Below are positions 61,598 to 64,000 of a stretch of DNA of 64,000 nt, in pieces. Position 1 is the first letter of the stretch, and every line of letters starts with the position of its first letter. The position numbers and the translations under genes are program-made. The notes under the pieces were generated by a model. The model was not told the DNA's origin and searched no databases. It worked only from the letters and a program-made list of their open reading frames with translations. Source of the stretch: Patescibacteria group bacterium (GTDB lineage Bacteria; Patescibacteriota; Saccharimonadia; Saccharimonadales; 2-12-FULL-41-12); assembly GCA_038064875.1 (NCBI GenBank), contig JBBTSC010000001.1, forward strand, positions 379,004 through 443,003, written 5' to 3'.

Positions 61598-62221
61598 CTA
61601 GTAGCTTGATTTTATGTCCTCAAGCATATGTTTTTTATTCTTCTCAAGCTCGCTCAGGATAAAGTCCATCTGATCATCGATACTAACTTGATTGCCGATA
61701 GCTTCTATCAGATAGTGATTAACTATCTCTGCCAAGTTTTTGTCGAATTGTTCGATTGTCCGTTGTTTCTCTTTGTCTATCTCTTCCCTGATTTGTTCGC
61801 CCATAATTTTACGTTGTTCTTCTACTGAATCTTGGGTCTTTTTGATAGTGTCGAGAGCGACTTGTTTAGCGTCCATGATGGATTCTTCGTATTTAGAGAA
61901 TGTTTCCTGAAGCGTCTTGGTAATTTCCTGCTTCATAAATTCATTGATCTGTGAGGCTGTGAGACGAAGATCTTGTTGCAGAAACATTGCATTATCGCTA
62001 ATAATTTTTTCAAAGTGGAGACGCCCTCGGTTACGAAGTTCTTCTCTAAATTCATTGTTAAAGATATGCTCTACATCATCTTCGGCTGCGTTGGCAATAT
62101 CTTGATTATCTCTGCTCTTTTTCTTAGGACCCCTAGATACGTTTACTGCGACCCAGATGAAAGCGAGCGTCACCGACACTAGTGAGCCAACAATGAGAAT
62201 TGTGTTCCACCACCCTGACAT
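61598..62221 (-). CDS. atpF: F-type ATP synthase subunit b (by position and architecture)
   Basis: Single N-terminal TM helix followed by about 170 aa of charged coiled coil. It lies immediately upstream of delta. Confidence 0.55.
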   Translation of the reverse strand: MSGWWNTILIVGSLVSVTLAFIWVAVNVSRGPKKKSRDNQDIANAAEDDVEHIFNNEFREELRNRGRLHFEKIISDNAMFLQQDLRLTASQINEFMKQEITKTLQETFSKYEESIMDAKQVALDTIKKTQDSVEEQRKIMGEQIREEIDKEKQRTIEQFDKNLAEIVNHYLIEAIGNQVSIDDQMDFILSELEKNKKHMLEDIKSSY

Positions 62222-62240
62222 GATCCACCCCTTTTAAAAG

Positions 62241-63065
62241 TTACAATCTTAAGATCAAGTATACCGCAAATAACCCTAGAATGAAAATAATAAAACTGGT
62301 TAAAACAACTTGAGCAAGGTTCTTTATGATCAAGCTTTTAGACAGAGGATTACGCCCGATAGATATCAGACTACCCTTGACCGCTCCATAAAGTAATGTT
62401 CCTGAGATGAGAGAAGTTATTATCAGTAGAGTAAAAGCTAGATAGACTCTCGGCAAACTGACGTCTCTCTTGGCAATACCACGACTGGCTTTAGCAAGTA
62501 TTTCAGGCACATTGCTAGATTCATCGGCTTTTTGCAGAGGATTCTTGCCAATTGCTATATTAACAGGCACACGACTGATCTGAAGCGTCTTACCACCACT
62601 TTCAATTGCCCCTAAAGACCCCGTCTTGCTGTCAAAAGAAGCAGCTGCTCTGCCAAGAACAATACTCTGCTGATTTCCAGCTTTTGTACCGATACCAGCA
62701 AGTGAAGAAATACTAATGTAATCACCTTGCTTGATATCACCATTTTCCCCGCTTACAATTACTTCGTGTGTTCCGGAATCTGCCACAAATACTTGTTCGC
62801 CCTCTGTGCTGAGAGTTACGGGTGAATCATTTTTATTGATCACTACACCACGCATTTTTTCTATATTCTGACCGGTGAGTGGTTCGATTTTTCTGTCGTT
62901 ATCAGATTTTACCGCGACCAACATACCTCTTTGGATAGGAACATCTGAGGAGAATCCTTCGCTGACGGTTTGAGAAACAGCAATACCGAGCCAGCTAACT
63001 GACATCAATACGCCCAGGAAAAGGCATGCGAGAATCTTTGATCTGTTTTTATATGAAATAAACAT
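62241..63065 (-). CDS. Membrane protein: signal/TM, external beta-rich domain, C-terminal two-helix hairpin resembling ATP synthase subunit c
   Basis: 274 aa. The C-terminus GAVKGSLISIGRNPLSKSLIIKNLAQVVLTSFIIFILGLFAVYLILRL parallels the c-subunit loop ([15 protein letters not shown]...GLF). There is no acidic residue in the second helix. Confidence 0.4.
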   Translation of the reverse strand: MFISYKNRSKILACLFLGVLMSVSWLGIAVSQTVSEGFSSDVPIQRGMLVAVKSDNDRKIEPLTGQNIEKMRGVVINKNDSPVTLSTEGEQVFVADSGTHEVIVSGENGDIKQGDYISISSLAGIGTKAGNQQSIVLGRAAASFDSKTGSLGAIESGGKTLQISRVPVNIAIGKNPLQKADESSNVPEILAKASRGIAKRDVSLPRVYLAFTLLIITSLISGTLLYGAVKGSLISIGRNPLSKSLIIKNLAQVVLTSFIIFILGLFAVYLILRL

Positions 63066-63147
63066 GTTTATTTACTGATTATCCAGCAGTTATGATATAC
63101 CAGTAAACTAGTCATTTGCAACTTTACCAAGAGGTTATCCACCACTT

Positions 63148-64000
63148 CTAGGCTAAACTGTTGGCAAGTGACTGGCAAAGCTTACTGATCGCTTCTTCGT
63201 CTGTACCTCTGCCCAGAGTAATTCTCAACGAGCTTTTGATTTCTGGTTCACCGATCCCGATGGCTCTTAAAACATGAGATGGTTCGTCGCTACTCGCCGA
63301 ACAAGCTGAACCGGTCGCTACACATACTCCCGCCTCGTCAAGAAGCATCATCAAACGCTCATTGTCTTGGTCTGGAAAAGTTATGTTGAGATTATTAGCA
63401 ATCCTGTTATCAAGCGATCCATTAACAACTGCCTCAGGACAAATCTTGAAAATTGAAGTGAGTAGACTATCTCTTAGATCTGCTATACGTTTTTCTTCTG
63501 ACTTATGATTTTTTACAGCTTTCTCTAGTGCTAGCGAAAAGCCATAAACACCTCCAACATTTTCGGTACCACTACGCATAGATCTTTGCTGACCTCCACC
63601 CAAAATCTGCGGATAAATATCCTTCACTTTCGAACTTATACACAAAGCTCCGACACTTTTTGGACCATATATTTTACCTGAATTTACCGTCATCATGTCC
63701 ACACCGAGTCTTGTTGGATTTACGGCAATATAGTTGAGCGCTTGACAAGCATCCGTGTGCAAATAAATCGGCGATGTAATGTTACGACTAGCACGATCTT
63801 TTCGAACTTCATCGATAACCTTAGCAACTTCACGAATTGGTTGAATAGTTCCGATTTCATTATTAACCAACATAACGCTAACAAGTATAGTCTGATCGTT
63901 AATCTTATTTTTCAGGTCATCAATATCCAGACGACCACTGGCTTTGACCTTAATCATTTTATGTTTTCCTAATTTTGCAGGCTCAATAACTGACGCATGT
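63148..64000 (-). CDS. Cysteine desulfurase (NifS/IscS family), C-terminal part; N-terminus beyond window end
   Basis: The frame stays open upstream of the track ATG (...HASVIEPAKLGKHKMIKV...). The PLP-Lys region is TVNSGKIYGPKSVG and the catalytic Cys loop is ATGSACSAS. Confidence 0.85.
   Translation of the reverse strand, partial: HASVIEPAKLGKHKMIKVKASGRLDIDDLKNKINDQTILVSVMLVNNEIGTIQPIREVAKVIDEVRKDRASRNITSPIYLHTDACQALNYIAVNPTRLGVDMMTVNSGKIYGPKSVGALCISSKVKDIYPQILGGGQQRSMRSGTENVGGVYGFSLALEKAVKNHKSEEKRIADLRDSLLTSIFKICPEAVVNGSLDNRIANNLNITFPDQDNERLMMLLDEAGVCVATGSACSASSDEPSHVLRAIGIGEPEIKSSLRITLGRGTDEEAISKLCQSLANSLA

Overview
This is a 64-kb, low-GC, gene-dense window with nearly all genes on the minus strand. 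Calls rest on motif reading by eye; no database search was run.

**Backbone.** The housekeeping genes are compact versions: ligA, htpX, lemA, uvrC, uvrA, sbcB, obg, mltG, ruvX, ftsA-like, alaS, mnmA, secG, rplY and an F-type ATP synthase operon. There are also pilin-like and LysM/CHAP surface proteins. This fits a reduced-genome Patescibacteria/CPR bacterium, possibly Saccharibacteria-like, which is inference only. Ten canonical tRNA genes sit in three groups: Ala; Leu-Cys-Glu; Gly-Phe-Val-Leu.

**Main finding.** A roughly 10-kb segment at about 12.3-22.6 kb is visibly GC-richer than its surroundings. It lies between a tRNA-like gene and the tRNA-Gly/Phe/Val/Leu cluster.
- It carries a large serine recombinase whose ORF runs antisense into tRNA-Gly.
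- It also carries a tightly coupled three-gene operon at 12339-19003. The products are a NERD/PD-(D/E)xK-like protein, a DUF4062-like NACHT STAND NTPase and a protein with an Rx4H HEPN-type motif.
- I propose this operon as a candidate uncharacterised antiphage system.
- An aberrant tRNA-like gene lies 47 nt downstream of the operon. tRNA-derived debris marks both island ends, and a repeat-rich control region lies at 19.0-19.5 kb.

**Other notable loci.**
- A six-gene surface locus (51.0-57.2 kb) with three paralogous secreted proteins and a DUF916-like anchor protein.
- An ATP synthase operon with no a or c subunit genes in place. The slot just upstream of the b subunit is occupied by a membrane protein whose C-terminal hairpin resembles a c subunit without the ion-binding carboxylate.
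- Two unusual pilin-domain fusions.
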